The notes under the pieces were generated by a model. It saw only the letters and a program-made list of their open reading frames with translations. It had not been told where the DNA came from and did not search any database. A program made the position numbers and the translations under genes. This document shows, piece by piece, positions 53,948 through 64,000 of a stretch of 64,000 bases of DNA. The stretch is from the NCBI GenBank assembly GCA_963815195.1, contig CAWFGE010000015.1:512001-576000 (forward strand). Direction: 5' to 3'. Within the stretch, counting starts at the first letter, position 1. Each line of letters begins with the position of its first letter. The stretch comes from an uncultured Planctomycetaceae bacterium. Lineage in GTDB: Bacteria > Planctomycetota > Planctomycetia > Planctomycetales > Planctomycetaceae.

Positions 53948-54369
53948 CTCGTTCCCAAGCTCCAGCTTGGGAACGCACTCTCGCGAAGCTCCGCTTCGCA
54001 ACGCGTCGATTGTACAATCAACGTCAGTTCCCTGGGGAGACAAACCAATGGCGCGAACACGATACCGAATCTTCGAAAACGAACAGGAGTATCCCTATTT
54101 CATGACCTGCACGGTCGTGGGCTGGCTGCCGGTGTTCACCCGGCCGGCGACCGTTCAGTTTGTACTTGACTCCTGGAAGCACTTGCAGGAACACCAGCAA
54201 TTTCAGTTGCTGGGTACTGTGATCCTCGAAAACCACCTGCACCTCAAGCGCCCGCAATTACGCCGGACGGCCGGGATTAATCGATGTCATCACTGACTGG
54301 ATGCGACCGGCGCGTTGCCAAGCAGAGCTTGGCGACAAGTGCGTTCCCAAGCTGGAGCTTGGGAACGAG
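53948..54369 (+). mobile_element. REP-flanked non-autonomous RAYT element
   Basis: Inverted arms CTCGTTCCCAAGCTCCAGCTTGGGAACGCAC / GTGCGTTCCCAAGCTGGAGCTTGGGAACGAG enclose a RAYT remnant. Confidence 0.85.
54048..54303 (+). pseudogene. REP-associated tyrosine transposase (RAYT/Y1), internally deleted
   Basis: PYFMTCTVVGWLPVFTRP...VILENHLHL (HUH motif) jumps out of frame to the C-terminal SARNYAGRPGLIDVITDW. Confidence 0.85.
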
Positions 54370-54572
54370 GTCGAGGGACGCGTATCACCATTGGTAATTG
54401 GTCATTCATTGGGATTTTATCGTCCGACCGTCAGGACCCGCACAATCGCGAACCGCTCCCAGCTTCTCCCAGATTTTCTGCGTTTCGTGAGGCCATGATG
54501 CCTCCCGGCAACGGTTTGTGTTCTAAAACTTCAACAGTTGTTAGAACTCACCATTCCAGGAAGGGAGACTTC

Positions 54573-57358
54573 ATGTTTACGCGCCTGCCCCTCAGATTCG
54601 CGAAGACGACCTGCATATTGGCCGCCCTATTGGCGACCGGGATGTTCTCGGTCCCGGCGATGGCCGGCTGGGGTTGTCTGAAATTGCCTTGCCGTTCGCT
54701 GTGCGGTCCCTGTGAAGAGACGTTCTGCCCCGCGTGCCCGTGGAGTCCCGAATGCGGCTCCGCGATGGCCTGGCAAACGCAAAAGCGGACCGTCACCAAG
54801 TATCGCGAGAAAACCAGCGAACGCACCGTGACCCGGTACTATGTCACGCCCGAAACCAAGGAAGTGCATTATACCTATCAGGTGTCGATCCCCAAGACGG
54901 AGATGAAGACCGAAACCTATCAGGAAACCATCCCCTATATTAAACCCGTCAAACAGGTTTACACCGTGATGGTGCCGGAAGTCCACGAGCGAAAGGTCGC
55001 CCGGTACACCGCGGTGCCCGTGGTGCGTCCCTGCGTTCAAAACTATACCGTGATGGTTCCCGAACAGCATACCCGCACGGTGAACTATAAAGTGGCGATT
55101 CCCGTCGTCCGGCAAGTGCCGCAACAGTACACGGTGCAGATTCCCGAGGGCCGCACCCGCACCGAGACCTATACAGTCCAAGTGCCGGTCCCGCACCAGG
55201 TGGCGCAGCACTATACGGTGCAGATTCCCGAATACCGCACCCGCACGGTGCACTATACAGTGAACCAGCCGGTCGTGCGTCCTGTGACGCAAAAGTACGT
55301 GGCGCAGGTTCCGGAATGCCGCATCCGCACCGAACATTACACGGTGCAGGTTCCGGAAGTCAAAACCCAAACCGTGAACTACACCGAAATGGTGCCTTTT
55401 ATCGAAACGATGCAGGGCAATGCCCGGTGTGCAAGCTGGTGCCGGTGAAGGTCACGCGCGAAGTCATGGAAGACCGGGGCTATTGGAAATTTGTTTCCTG
55501 CGGCGATCAGAAAGAATCCGAAGAAAACAAAGGCGAAGAAGCCGCCGACGATGCAAAAACCGCGTCGAATCAAGATATTCAGCCGATCAACCATGAGGTG
55601 ATGGCGTCGAATGTGGGATATGCCTATGGAGCCGGCTATGGTTCCTATAACGGCGGGTTCGCGGGATATCCTATCAATCCCGGCTACAGTAACGCCTATG
55701 CCGGAGGAACAGGCTATGGTCCGGCTGGCGCCTACTATGTGCCGCCCGGATTGCCTTACGGAGCACCGCTCCCGCCCGGCTTTGAATATCCCACCACCGA
55801 GACATCGCGGCACGTTCTAAAGACCTTGAGGCACATCAAGTCCCATCTGCCCGTGTTGCACTACTTGAGCTACTTGAAGCCGGCGGTTAAAGAATGCGGA
55901 ATCTTCGCGCATGACTCCTGGACAGCCTGCGGCGGCGTGCTGTTCGGTGCCGGCGGCTGTCTGGGGCATCACCCGGATTTCGGTTGTCACGATTGTTACC
56001 ATCGGTTTTATCGCCGGTTCCTCGGTCCGGACTATGAACCCTGGCCCTATTGCTACCCGGCCTGTAATAATGGTTATGGCTATGGTTATGGGTATGGCGC
56101 GGGCTGCTATGACGCATGCGACACCGGTTGCTATACCCCAGGCCATTTCGGTTGCCTGGGCCGCTTGGGATTCGGTTGCCTGAGCCATCTCGGATTTGGT
56201 TGCATCGGCCGTTTCGGAAGCTGTTTGAACTCTTGCGGCCCGGATTGCTATGACTCTTGCGACACCGGGTGCTATGACCAATGCGACACGGGATGTTATA
56301 ACCCATGCGATACCGGCTGCTTCGGCCATCGCGGATTGGGTTGCCTCAGCCGCTTGGGTTTGGGTTGCTTCAATCGCTGCAGTTTGGGTTGCTTTAACCC
56401 ATGCACCAGTTACGGCTCTCCCTGCAACATCGGCTATGCCCCGCAATATGCAACGAGCTATCCCACGGCGGCGGTCAACGACTGCCCGTCCGGTTGCAAC
56501 CGCGTCTGGGTGTCTAACATCGTCAAACGCCAAGTCACCGAGACGATCATGAAGCCGGTGACCAGCGAGGAAAGTTATACTTACGAAGTGGTCCGCTATC
56601 GTCCGGAAGAAAAGACCCGCACGGTCTGTACCATGCACTACCGTCCGGAAGTCCGCACGCGGCAAGTGCCCTATACGGTTATACGGCCGGAAGTCCGCAC
56701 TTGCACGCGGCTGGTGACGCAAAATGTGCCCCGCGTTTGCACTCGGCAGGTGGGCTATACGGTGCCGCGTCCGGAAGTTCGCACCCGGATGGTGACCTGC
56801 GTCAATTTGGTTCCGCAAGTCCGCACTCGCACCGTGCCCTATACGGTCATGCGATCGGAAACTCGGACCCGCATGGTCAACGTGACAAGCTGCACGTATC
56901 AAACTCGGACCTGTCAGGTTCCCTATACAGTCCTGCGGCCGGAAACCCGGCAGCGGACGGCGTATGTCACAGAATATGTCAAGAAGCCGCACATCGTGAC
57001 GGTGCCCTATGTGGTCCAGCGTCCGGAACAGCAGAGCCAAACGGTGTACCAGACGCTGTATCGCTCGGTGGAGCGGACCCGCCAGGTCCCGCACACGAGC
57101 TATGATACGATCACCAAGAAAGGCGTCCGCTGTGAAACGGTTTATAAGAAGGTGCCTTATCAAAGCAAGGAGACCGTCACGGAACTCGTGCCTTACAAAG
57201 TGGAAGAGGAAGTCAAGGTCCCGTCGCTCCCGATGGAATCGTGCGACCTCGGCCTCTCCGAAATCTGCCCGTGTGAACCGTGCATGATGGGGCCGTGCGA
57301 ACCGTGCCCGTGTCCCTGCTTCTTCGCGGAATGCCTTTTGAGAAAGATTTTCCACTAA
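54573..57358 (+). CDS. Secreted YTV-repeat protein with a central Cys/Gly/Tyr-rich domain; frameshift near 55420
   Basis: Signal peptide ending PAMA; 14-aa repeats YTVxxPExRTRTVx in two arms; Cys/Pro-rich termini; RBS AAGGGAG. Confidence 0.85.
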
Positions 57359-57380
57359 GCAAGGATGCAAGCACCACCCC

Positions 57381-57420
57381 GACGCCCGAAAGCCGCGCTC
57401 GCGACTTTTGGGCGTTTTTT
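57381..57420 (+). terminator. Rho-independent terminator
   Basis: GACGCCCGAAAG...CTTTTGGGCGTTTTTT. Confidence 0.6.
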
Positions 57421-57427
57421 GTATTCA

Positions 57428-57566
57428 GGCGAGCGGCCGGCGTCAGCCGGCTGGTGGCTCACGAAGATTTGAAGCGGCCCGCTCCCTTTCCGATCCGCAA
57501 ACGTTTGAAGTATCACATCGTTTGGAGCGGTTCACAAAACCAGCCGGCTGCCACCGGCCGCTCGCC
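57428..57566. repeat. GGCGAGC-family REPIN
   Basis: GGCGAGCGGCCGGCGTCAGCCGGCTGGT ... ACCAGCCGGCTGCCACCGGCCGCTCGCC. Confidence 0.8.
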
Positions 57567-57664
57567 AAGTCGCTTGGTCATTGGGATTTTTTCGTTGGAC
57601 GTGTTAGTTTGAGAACAGGGCAGGGGAGCCGATCTTCCCATCACCATTTGAGAGGAACACCATC

Positions 57665-59011
57665 ATGGGCTTGAAAGCGGGCGTGGCTCGTGCGCGGCTC
57701 ACGCCGTTCTGGGGCGTGGAACTGACGGGTTGGGGATATTTTCTCAATCGCACCTGGGAATCGGTGCACGATGATTTGCAGGCGACCGCCTTGGTGTTGG
57801 AACAGCGCGACACAACGCTCGCAGTCGTGTCGCTGGACTTGATGGTGATTAGCGCCGGCTTCACTCGGCAGGTGCGGGAACTGGTTGAAGCCGAGACCGG
57901 CATTCCGCCCGCCGGGGTGATGATCGCCTGCACGCACACCCACAACGCTCCGGCATCGGGCGGACTGCTCGGCGTGGGCGAGGTCGATCCGTTTTATGAA
58001 GCATGGGCGGCCCGGCAGGCGGCGTCGGCGATTGTTCTCGCCTGGCGAAATCGCGAACCCGCCGACCTCGCCGTCGCCAGCGCGAACCTGCCGAAGCTCA
58101 CGTTCAACCGCACCCGCGAGAACGGCCCGGTCGACCCCCGCTTGACGACGCTGCGGGTCAACCGCACCAACGGCTCGCCTTTGGCGATGGCCGTGAATTT
58201 TCAGGCCCATCCCACGGTGCAGACCAAACTCCGCCCGCGAGCCGTCTCCCGCGATGTGCCCGGCGAGGTTTGCGATCTGATCGAACGGGCGATGCCGGGA
58301 GCGATGGCGATATATTTGCAAGGATCTTGCGGGGACGTGAATTTTTTGAGGCGGTTTTCCACGACGCCCGAACTCTCCCGCGAGCCGGCCCGGATGGTGG
58401 CGGGGGCGGCGTTGGCTTCTCAGGCGGATGCGGTGCGGATTGACGATCCCGCACTCTCGGCGGTGAGCGAGCAGGTCACGCTTCCCACCCGGCGGTGGAC
58501 CCGCGACGAGATCGACCACGACCGTGACGAGGCCCAGCGCCGTCTGAAAGAGCAGGACCTTAAAGGCTGGAAGGAAACTATCGGCCGCGTGATGACCAAC
58601 CGGCCCGAGGACATGGTCGCCCGGCACGGCGGCGACGAATGGAAAGCCGTCGAAGCCATGTGCCGGTTCAATCTGGCGTGGACCTACGAGATGCTGAAGG
58701 ACTGGGAGACCCGCCCGGAAACCCTCGGGACCGAGGTGCAGGCCTTTCGCATCGGGGAACTCGGCCTCGTGGCGAACTCGTCGGAGTTCTTCAGCAGCCT
58801 GGCCCTCGACGTCCGCAACCTTTCGGGACTGGACCAGCTGATGATTTCCTGCTACACCAATGGAAGGATCGGTTATCTCCCCGATGCCCACGACATCGCC
58901 CGGCAGACGTATGCCGCGTATCAATCCCCCAAGTATTGCAACCAATTCCCGTTCACCAACGAATCCGGCCCCGCGATGTGCGAGGCGATGCTCCGCCTGC
59001 TTCGCCGCTAA
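57665..59011 (+). CDS. Neutral/alkaline ceramidase-like hydrolase family protein
   Basis: VHDDLQATALVL, IACTHTHNAP, FNR, NFQAHPT, QGSCGDVN, GYLPD. Confidence 0.8.
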   Translation: MGLKAGVARARLTPFWGVELTGWGYFLNRTWESVHDDLQATALVLEQRDTTLAVVSLDLMVISAGFTRQVRELVEAETGIPPAGVMIACTHTHNAPASGGLLGVGEVDPFYEAWAARQAASAIVLAWRNREPADLAVASANLPKLTFNRTRENGPVDPRLTTLRVNRTNGSPLAMAVNFQAHPTVQTKLRPRAVSRDVPGEVCDLIERAMPGAMAIYLQGSCGDVNFLRRFSTTPELSREPARMVAGAALASQADAVRIDDPALSAVSEQVTLPTRRWTRDEIDHDRDEAQRRLKEQDLKGWKETIGRVMTNRPEDMVARHGGDEWKAVEAMCRFNLAWTYEMLKDWETRPETLGTEVQAFRIGELGLVANSSEFFSSLALDVRNLSGLDQLMISCYTNGRIGYLPDAHDIARQTYAAYQSPKYCNQFPFTNESGPAMCEAMLRLLRR

Positions 59012-59103
59012 GCGAGCGTGGGACGTCAGTCCCATGATCTCTCGGATTCGTGGCGTAACTTTTCATTCGTAGAAAATCATCCAGCTTACGCTGGACGCTC
59101 GCC
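59012..59103. repeat. GGCGAGC-family REPIN
   Basis: GCGAGCGTGGGACGTCAGTCCCATGAT ... ATCATCCAGCTTACGCTGGACGCTCGCC. Confidence 0.75.
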
Positions 59104-59115
59104 TTGGATCTCCTT

Positions 59116-59694
59116 ATGAATCGAATTTTTTTGTCGCTCGCCGTGGTCAGTTCGCTGTTGTTGATGGCCGCGATGGGTTTTGGATTAGCAATTGAAGATG
59201 CCGCTTCGCGGGATGTCGCGGAGCAAGCCGTCGTGACGCGGCATTTGCTGTTCGCCTTCGGCGGGTTAGTCGTCGCGCTGATGGTGCACGGGTTGGTGCT
59301 GACGTATTTCATGGGCACGGGGCGGTGGATTGAGGAAACCTCCACGACTTATCTTCTCGATGACAAATGGCGGCGGGAGAATCACTCGCTCAAATACCGC
59401 ACGCTGCCTCTGATGGTGGGCAGTGTGTTTTTGCTGATCACGGCTGGGGCGTTCGGAGCCGCGGCGGATCCGGCTTCTCCGGTCGGTTTCCAAGGTTGGC
59501 TGGGACTTTCGCCGGCGACTTGGCATTTCCTGGTCGCCACGTTGGCTTTGAGCGTGCACGTGATCGCGACCTTCATGGAGTATTTCGCCCTCAGCCGAAA
59601 TGGCGAGTTGATCCAGGAAGTCATGCAGGAAGTCCGCCGCATCCGCCAAGAGCACGGTTTGATGAACACCCCCGAACCCACCGCCGTGGGCTGA
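59116..59694 (+). CDS. Hypothetical 4-TM membrane protein
   Basis: Four hydrophobic helices; TYFMGTGRWIEE. Confidence 0.75.
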   Translation: MNRIFLSLAVVSSLLLMAAMGFGLAIEDAASRDVAEQAVVTRHLLFAFGGLVVALMVHGLVLTYFMGTGRWIEETSTTYLLDDKWRRENHSLKYRTLPLMVGSVFLLITAGAFGAAADPASPVGFQGWLGLSPATWHFLVATLALSVHVIATFMEYFALSRNGELIQEVMQEVRRIRQEHGLMNTPEPTAVG

Positions 59695-59745
59695 TCAGCC
59701 GGAATGCGTTGTCGCCATGAACCGGGGCTAGCGCCCGGCGGCTAA

Positions 59746-61008
59746 TTATTCCGGGGCGGCGAACAGGCGGTTTTCGCGGAGACAGTCGCATAGCTCGCGA
59801 TAGACGGCGTGCAGTTTCGCGGGGCTGAAGTCGCCATTCACTGCGTTCAAAATCCGCGCGGCGAGCGTGCCTTTTGAGATGATGAGATTGAGCGCCTCGC
59901 CGAACTCGTCGCGGAAGGCCGATGATTGCTCGCAGGCGGCATGCAGCAGATGCCGCCACAGGTGCCGGAGCGTGCAAGGGCCGGTTTCTTCGAGTCCGAA
60001 TTGGGTCAGGTAATCGGGATCGCTCACCGAGGCCCGCTGCCCGTCGCGGATGGCCGCGAGGAACAGGGATTCCAACGGGTCCACCTCCCAGGCTTGTTGC
60101 GACTCCCGGGACGCCCAGTGTTCTTCGGTCAGCATTTTGAGGACCTCCACCACCAACGCACAAATCGCCACGTCCGCTTTGGGGCATTCCTGCACGTCCA
60201 ACATGCGAATCTCGATCGCGTTTCGCTCGAAGCGGGCGATGGCGCCGCGCGAGTTGAGGAACTCATGCTGCAACAGGCCCTCGGGATCCGTGGGGGCGAT
60301 GTCTTTATACATCGGCTGGAAGATTTTTTCGTCATAGTCGGCGTGCGTGTAAACGGGTTCGGGAATCACGCGGCCGATGATCGAAGGGATCCGCTTGGCA
60401 TTGGTGCGGTAGACTTCGAGCCGGGTGTCGAGCCAATCCGTTTTTTTGCCCTCGACAATCGGAGAACTCGCAGCGAGGGCGGGCAGGATCGGCAAGAGCA
60501 AGCGGATCGCCGCGTGCAATCGGCCGAACTCGGCATCATCCGCGAAGGGCAGGTTCAAATGCACGCTCTGCAAGTTCGCCCAGCCGTGGCCGTGGCAATC
60601 GAAAATCCGGTCGTACGTCGAATAAATCGAACTGTATTCGTGAGGCCAAAGTTGGAACTCTGTGTGCGGATCCATCCAGGGATGCATGCCGGTGGGCATC
60701 AGCCGGGCGCGTTCTGGTTCCAACCGGGCCTCGATTTTTTGGACGTGCTCGTGGAACTCGTCGGCGAGGCCGGAAAAGCCTGGAGCAGGGCCGTTGGTTT
60801 TGAGTTCGATGACATGGAGCGCCAGCTCGTTCGACCAGGCGATGCGGTCGAACTCCACGTCCGACACCACTTCGCCCGCGTCGTCCTGGAGCACGGCATC
60901 CGCGATCGCGCGAATATCCAGCGACTCGCGGTCCACGATCATATATTCGAGTTCGACGCCGAAGCCGTCAAACAGGTGCAGCGGCGACTTGGCATGAGGA
61001 GCGTTCAC
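59746..61008 (-). CDS. Glutamate--cysteine ligase family 2 (GCS2) protein
   Basis: GVELEYMIVD, NELALHVIELKT, GMHPWM, SVHLN, NSRGAIARFERNAIEIR. Confidence 0.88.
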   Translation of the reverse strand: MNAPHAKSPLHLFDGFGVELEYMIVDRESLDIRAIADAVLQDDAGEVVSDVEFDRIAWSNELALHVIELKTNGPAPGFSGLADEFHEHVQKIEARLEPERARLMPTGMHPWMDPHTEFQLWPHEYSSIYSTYDRIFDCHGHGWANLQSVHLNLPFADDAEFGRLHAAIRLLLPILPALAASSPIVEGKKTDWLDTRLEVYRTNAKRIPSIIGRVIPEPVYTHADYDEKIFQPMYKDIAPTDPEGLLQHEFLNSRGAIARFERNAIEIRMLDVQECPKADVAICALVVEVLKMLTEEHWASRESQQAWEVDPLESLFLAAIRDGQRASVSDPDYLTQFGLEETGPCTLRHLWRHLLHAACEQSSAFRDEFGEALNLIISKGTLAARILNAVNGDFSPAKLHAVYRELCDCLRENRLFAAPE

Positions 61009-62465
61009 AGGCCGGCTTTCTTCCGTTCCACGCGGTCCAAAAACACCCGCATAATGCGGTCGTAAAGGTCTTCGTGGAGGATCGCATCTTCCACGCCCGA
61101 ATCCAGGTTCGGGTTGTCGTTGACTTCGATGATGTAAAAGTCATTCCCGGTCTGCTTCACATCGACCCCATAAAGCCCGTTGCCGATGAGATTGGCGGCT
61201 TTCTTGGCGAGGCTCACGGCTTTTCGCGGGGCGGTCTCGACGGGCATGGTTTCGGACTTGCCATAGTGGTCGTTGCCGGACTCGTCGCGGCGGACGATCT
61301 GCCAGTGCTTGCGGGCCATGTGATACTTGCACGCGTAAAACGGCTTTTGATCCAAAATGCCGATCCGCCAGTCGAAGTTGCTGGAGATGAATTCCTGGGC
61401 CACGACCAGATCGGATTGGCTGAGGAAATGGTCGAGCTGCGTGTCCAGTTCTTCTTCGTTGTCGGCCTTCACCACGCCCAGCGAAAACGCGCTGTCCGGC
61501 TGCTTGAGCACGCAGGGATACCCCAGATGCTCCGCCACCGCCTCGCGGTTCTCGCGGTTGACGACCAGCGTCCTCGGCGTGGGCAGTTTGTGGCGGGTCA
61601 AGAGTTCCGCGAGATAGACCTTGTTGGTGCACCGCACGATCGATTGCGGATCGTCGATCACCACCAGACCTTCCTGGGCGGCCCGGCGGGCGAAGCGGTA
61701 GGTGTGATGGTTGACGTGCGTGGTTTCGCGGATGAAGAGGGCATCGAACTCGGCCAGCCGGGCATAGTCGTCTCGCTCGATGAACTCCACGCTGAAGCCG
61801 GCCCGCTCTCCCGCTTTGGCGAAGCGTTTGAGGGCCACCTCATCGGAGGGCGGATGGGCTTCCTGGGCATCGTGAAGGATCGCGAGGTCGAAGCGGGTCG
61901 TCTTCTTGCGGACCGTCACCCGCCGGCCCGAGAAATGATCGTGGGCCGACTGGAGCAAAAACGGCCGGTGCGATTCGGGGACTTCATCGGTGGCGATCGC
62001 CCGCACGTTCCCCAACTGCCAGCCTTCGCTGTCTTTGAAGAACTGGGCCCGGAGCAGCGGCGCTTGGAACAGGTTGAACAGGTGCATGCTCAGGCGGTCG
62101 TAGCGTTTGGCGGTGTTGCGTCCGAAATAGATGCTGAGCGTAAAGTGGTTGGCGTGAATCGGAGTGAGGCTTTTTTCGATCAGGTCTTCAAGCTCGCCGG
62201 AGAGCAGCCGGACCATCGCGGGGGACTGGATGTCTTGCATCGTCGTCACGCTGGGCAGCGGGCGGTGCGCGCGGGCCTCGGCCAACAGCGACACGTAATA
62301 GCCCGCGGTTTGGTAGCGATAGGACCGGCAGAGATTGAAGATCTTCACGCCCCTGAGCGTGCTGTATTGGCCGCCGGTGAGATACGTCCACGCATCCACC
62401 ACGGTCACGCCGGGCATTTCAAACGGCCATAAGCTCGGCTCGTCTGTCACGATGACAATTTGCAA
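61005..62465 (-). CDS. RimK-family ATP-grasp ligase with N-terminal RLAN domain
   Basis: NLCRSYRYQTAGYYVSLLAEARAH, FDALFIRETT, FDWRIGIL, YGVDVK, IEVNDNPN. Confidence 0.92.
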   Translation of the reverse strand: MQIVIVTDEPSLWPFEMPGVTVVDAWTYLTGGQYSTLRGVKIFNLCRSYRYQTAGYYVSLLAEARAHRPLPSVTTMQDIQSPAMVRLLSGELEDLIEKSLTPIHANHFTLSIYFGRNTAKRYDRLSMHLFNLFQAPLLRAQFFKDSEGWQLGNVRAIATDEVPESHRPFLLQSAHDHFSGRRVTVRKKTTRFDLAILHDAQEAHPPSDEVALKRFAKAGERAGFSVEFIERDDYARLAEFDALFIRETTHVNHHTYRFARRAAQEGLVVIDDPQSIVRCTNKVYLAELLTRHKLPTPRTLVVNRENREAVAEHLGYPCVLKQPDSAFSLGVVKADNEEELDTQLDHFLSQSDLVVAQEFISSNFDWRIGILDQKPFYACKYHMARKHWQIVRRDESGNDHYGKSETMPVETAPRKAVSLAKKAANLIGNGLYGVDVKQTGNDFYIIEVNDNPNLDSGVEDAILHEDLYDRIMRVFLDRVERKKAGL

Positions 62466-62474
62466 GAGGAGGCC

Positions 62475-63203
62475 TCAATGGCTCTTGGGCTTTTTGGGTT
62501 CGATGATTAACATGTTCGCATCATAGGTCATCACTCCCAAGAGGATGGCGCATTTGACGCGGTCGATCGAAACGTGGTACCGCTGGCCTTCGGCCATCGG
62601 GTTCGGATGCAGCGGGTCGGCGATGAGCACCTCGCGCTCCTTGCGGTCGTAGCCGCACAGAACCACAAAATGCCCCGTGGGATGGCCGCGAATGTCGTCG
62701 GGGGTATTGTCCGGCAGCTCGCGCGCTTCCTGGTAAAGATAGGTCGCGCTCAATCCGGTGAGAATCGGCACCGAGCGGTTGAGGTATTTGCGGACGAGTT
62801 CGTTCGTGAGATCCTGCATGCGGATCTCGCCGCCGTTGGCGAGGAATTCCAAATAGGACTGGGTGGCGGTTTTGAGCTTGGGCGAATCCTTCACCCGGAT
62901 CTGGTCGCGGAGCTTTTCGCTGAGGCGATTCGCGTCGGGGGCGAACCAGGTCGGATCGAAAACCTGGAGGTCAAAGGTCAACAGCGTCGCCTTGTAGCCC
63001 CGCTTGAGAGCGTGATGCCCGAGCACGACGGCGAGCGTCCCGCCATCGATCAGTTGGGGGATTTCCCCCACCACCTGCGCGAGCGGAAGCACATCGTCGT
63101 AGTAATCATAGACGGCTTGCAAGCAGGTGGGACCGCAGGTTGTCAAATCCGGCTGCGGGAGAATCTGGAGCTTCAGCCGCGGCCCTTCGCGAGTTTCAGA
63201 CAT
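62475..63203 (-). CDS. Papain-fold C39-like peptidase
   Basis: QPDLTTCGPTCL (Q...C), GHFVVLCGYD, IADP catalytic pattern. Confidence 0.85.
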   Translation of the reverse strand: MSETREGPRLKLQILPQPDLTTCGPTCLQAVYDYYDDVLPLAQVVGEIPQLIDGGTLAVVLGHHALKRGYKATLLTFDLQVFDPTWFAPDANRLSEKLRDQIRVKDSPKLKTATQSYLEFLANGGEIRMQDLTNELVRKYLNRSVPILTGLSATYLYQEARELPDNTPDDIRGHPTGHFVVLCGYDRKEREVLIADPLHPNPMAEGQRYHVSIDRVKCAILLGVMTYDANMLIIEPKKPKSH

Positions 63204-63431
63204 ACCACGTTTTGAGGGAAAAGCACTAACCCATCCTCCGGCAATTATCCAACCGCCAAAAGATGAGCGCGGACAGCGTAGCGCGCTGAATTGTGTCGCC
63301 GTTAAGGCGGACCGTCAATCCCTTAAGGGGAAAGCGGCGGAATTTTGCGCGGGAAATTTCGCCGAAACGCCGGCGAGGGGAACGAAAACGGTTCAGCCCC
63401 CATGCTTTCGCTGCGGGATGATTTTAGAGCT

Positions 63432-64000
63432 TTAGCGGCGGCGGGACGCGCGGTAGCCGTATTCGATCGCGAACCAATCGGCGTAGCGTTCCCGGTCTTG
63501 AAACCGCGTGTTTCGGTCATCGTGGATGTGGCCGATTTCGTGAATCAGCACGCTGTTCAAGTAGAAGTCGCGGATCGTCTCGGGCGTCCACTTGAGAATC
63601 CACCATTTGCCTTCCTTGTGCCATTCGCCGCCGTACATCCGGGCGTCGATTTGCTGCTGAGGCGTAGGCGGGCGGGTGTAAGCTTCCTGATAGCAGGTCT
63701 CGATGGGATAAAGATAAACCGTCGAACCCCACTGCATTCCGTAACAGGGAAACAGCGCGCGTTTTTTGGTCATGCGACTGAATTTGACGGTTTCCAACTG
63801 CCGGGTGAACTTCGCGGGCAATTGGGCGATACGTTCGCGGACTTCATCGATCGTCAGCGGATGCACGTAACCCCGGCCCGGCGGTTCCACGAAGAATTGA
63901 ATCTTGCCCGTGTTCCCGGCCGGTTCGTGCCAGGTTTCCGGGGCGTTAAAGGGCAGCGAAGAACTCAAGTCCTGCCCGCGCTGCCGATGGGCGACGGCGG
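63432..64000 (-). CDS. Hypothetical zincin-like metallopeptidase (5' partial)
   Basis: VLIHEIGH plus ERYAD; the frame stays open to the window edge. Confidence 0.7.
   Translation of the reverse strand, partial: AVAHRQRGQDLSSSLPFNAPETWHEPAGNTGKIQFFVEPPGRGYVHPLTIDEVRERIAQLPAKFTRQLETVKFSRMTKKRALFPCYGMQWGSTVYLYPIETCYQEAYTRPPTPQQQIDARMYGGEWHKEGKWWILKWTPETIRDFYLNSVLIHEIGHIHDDRNTRFQDRERYADWFAIEYGYRASRRR

Overview
A high-GC bacterial chromosome segment, very probably from a planctomycete: it carries DUF1549/DUF1553, DUF1501, PPC-domain, SHD1 and YTV-repeat proteins and a stand-alone coaB. Core content: a TolC/HlyD/MacB-type ABC exporter operon, the rplY-pth-rpsF-ssb-rplI-dnaB cluster, valS, cimA, ftsK, coaB, a VIT-vWA protein, an Aas-like acyl ligase and a C39-peptidase/RimK(RLAN)/GCS2 operon. 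Accessory content: a cassette-like island at about 7.2-12.8 kb (two TA pairs, Uma2, one clear attC site), a dead IS481-family element, a decayed RHS polymorphic-toxin locus and an internally deleted RAYT transposase. The window has many REP/REPIN-like palindrome families. The most striking signal is a ~50-bp Y-shaped palindrome with compensatory covariation, inserted in frame four times in housekeeping genes (valS twice, cimA, ftsK) and once intergenically. Also notable: both orphan toxin modules start exactly at a REPIN edge, and a YTV protein has two matched ~240-aa repeat arms. About a dozen single-base frameshifts, including in valS and rplY, suggest long-read assembly indels, so many apparent pseudogenes are probably intact. 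All calls come from reading the sequence by eye; no database searches were run.
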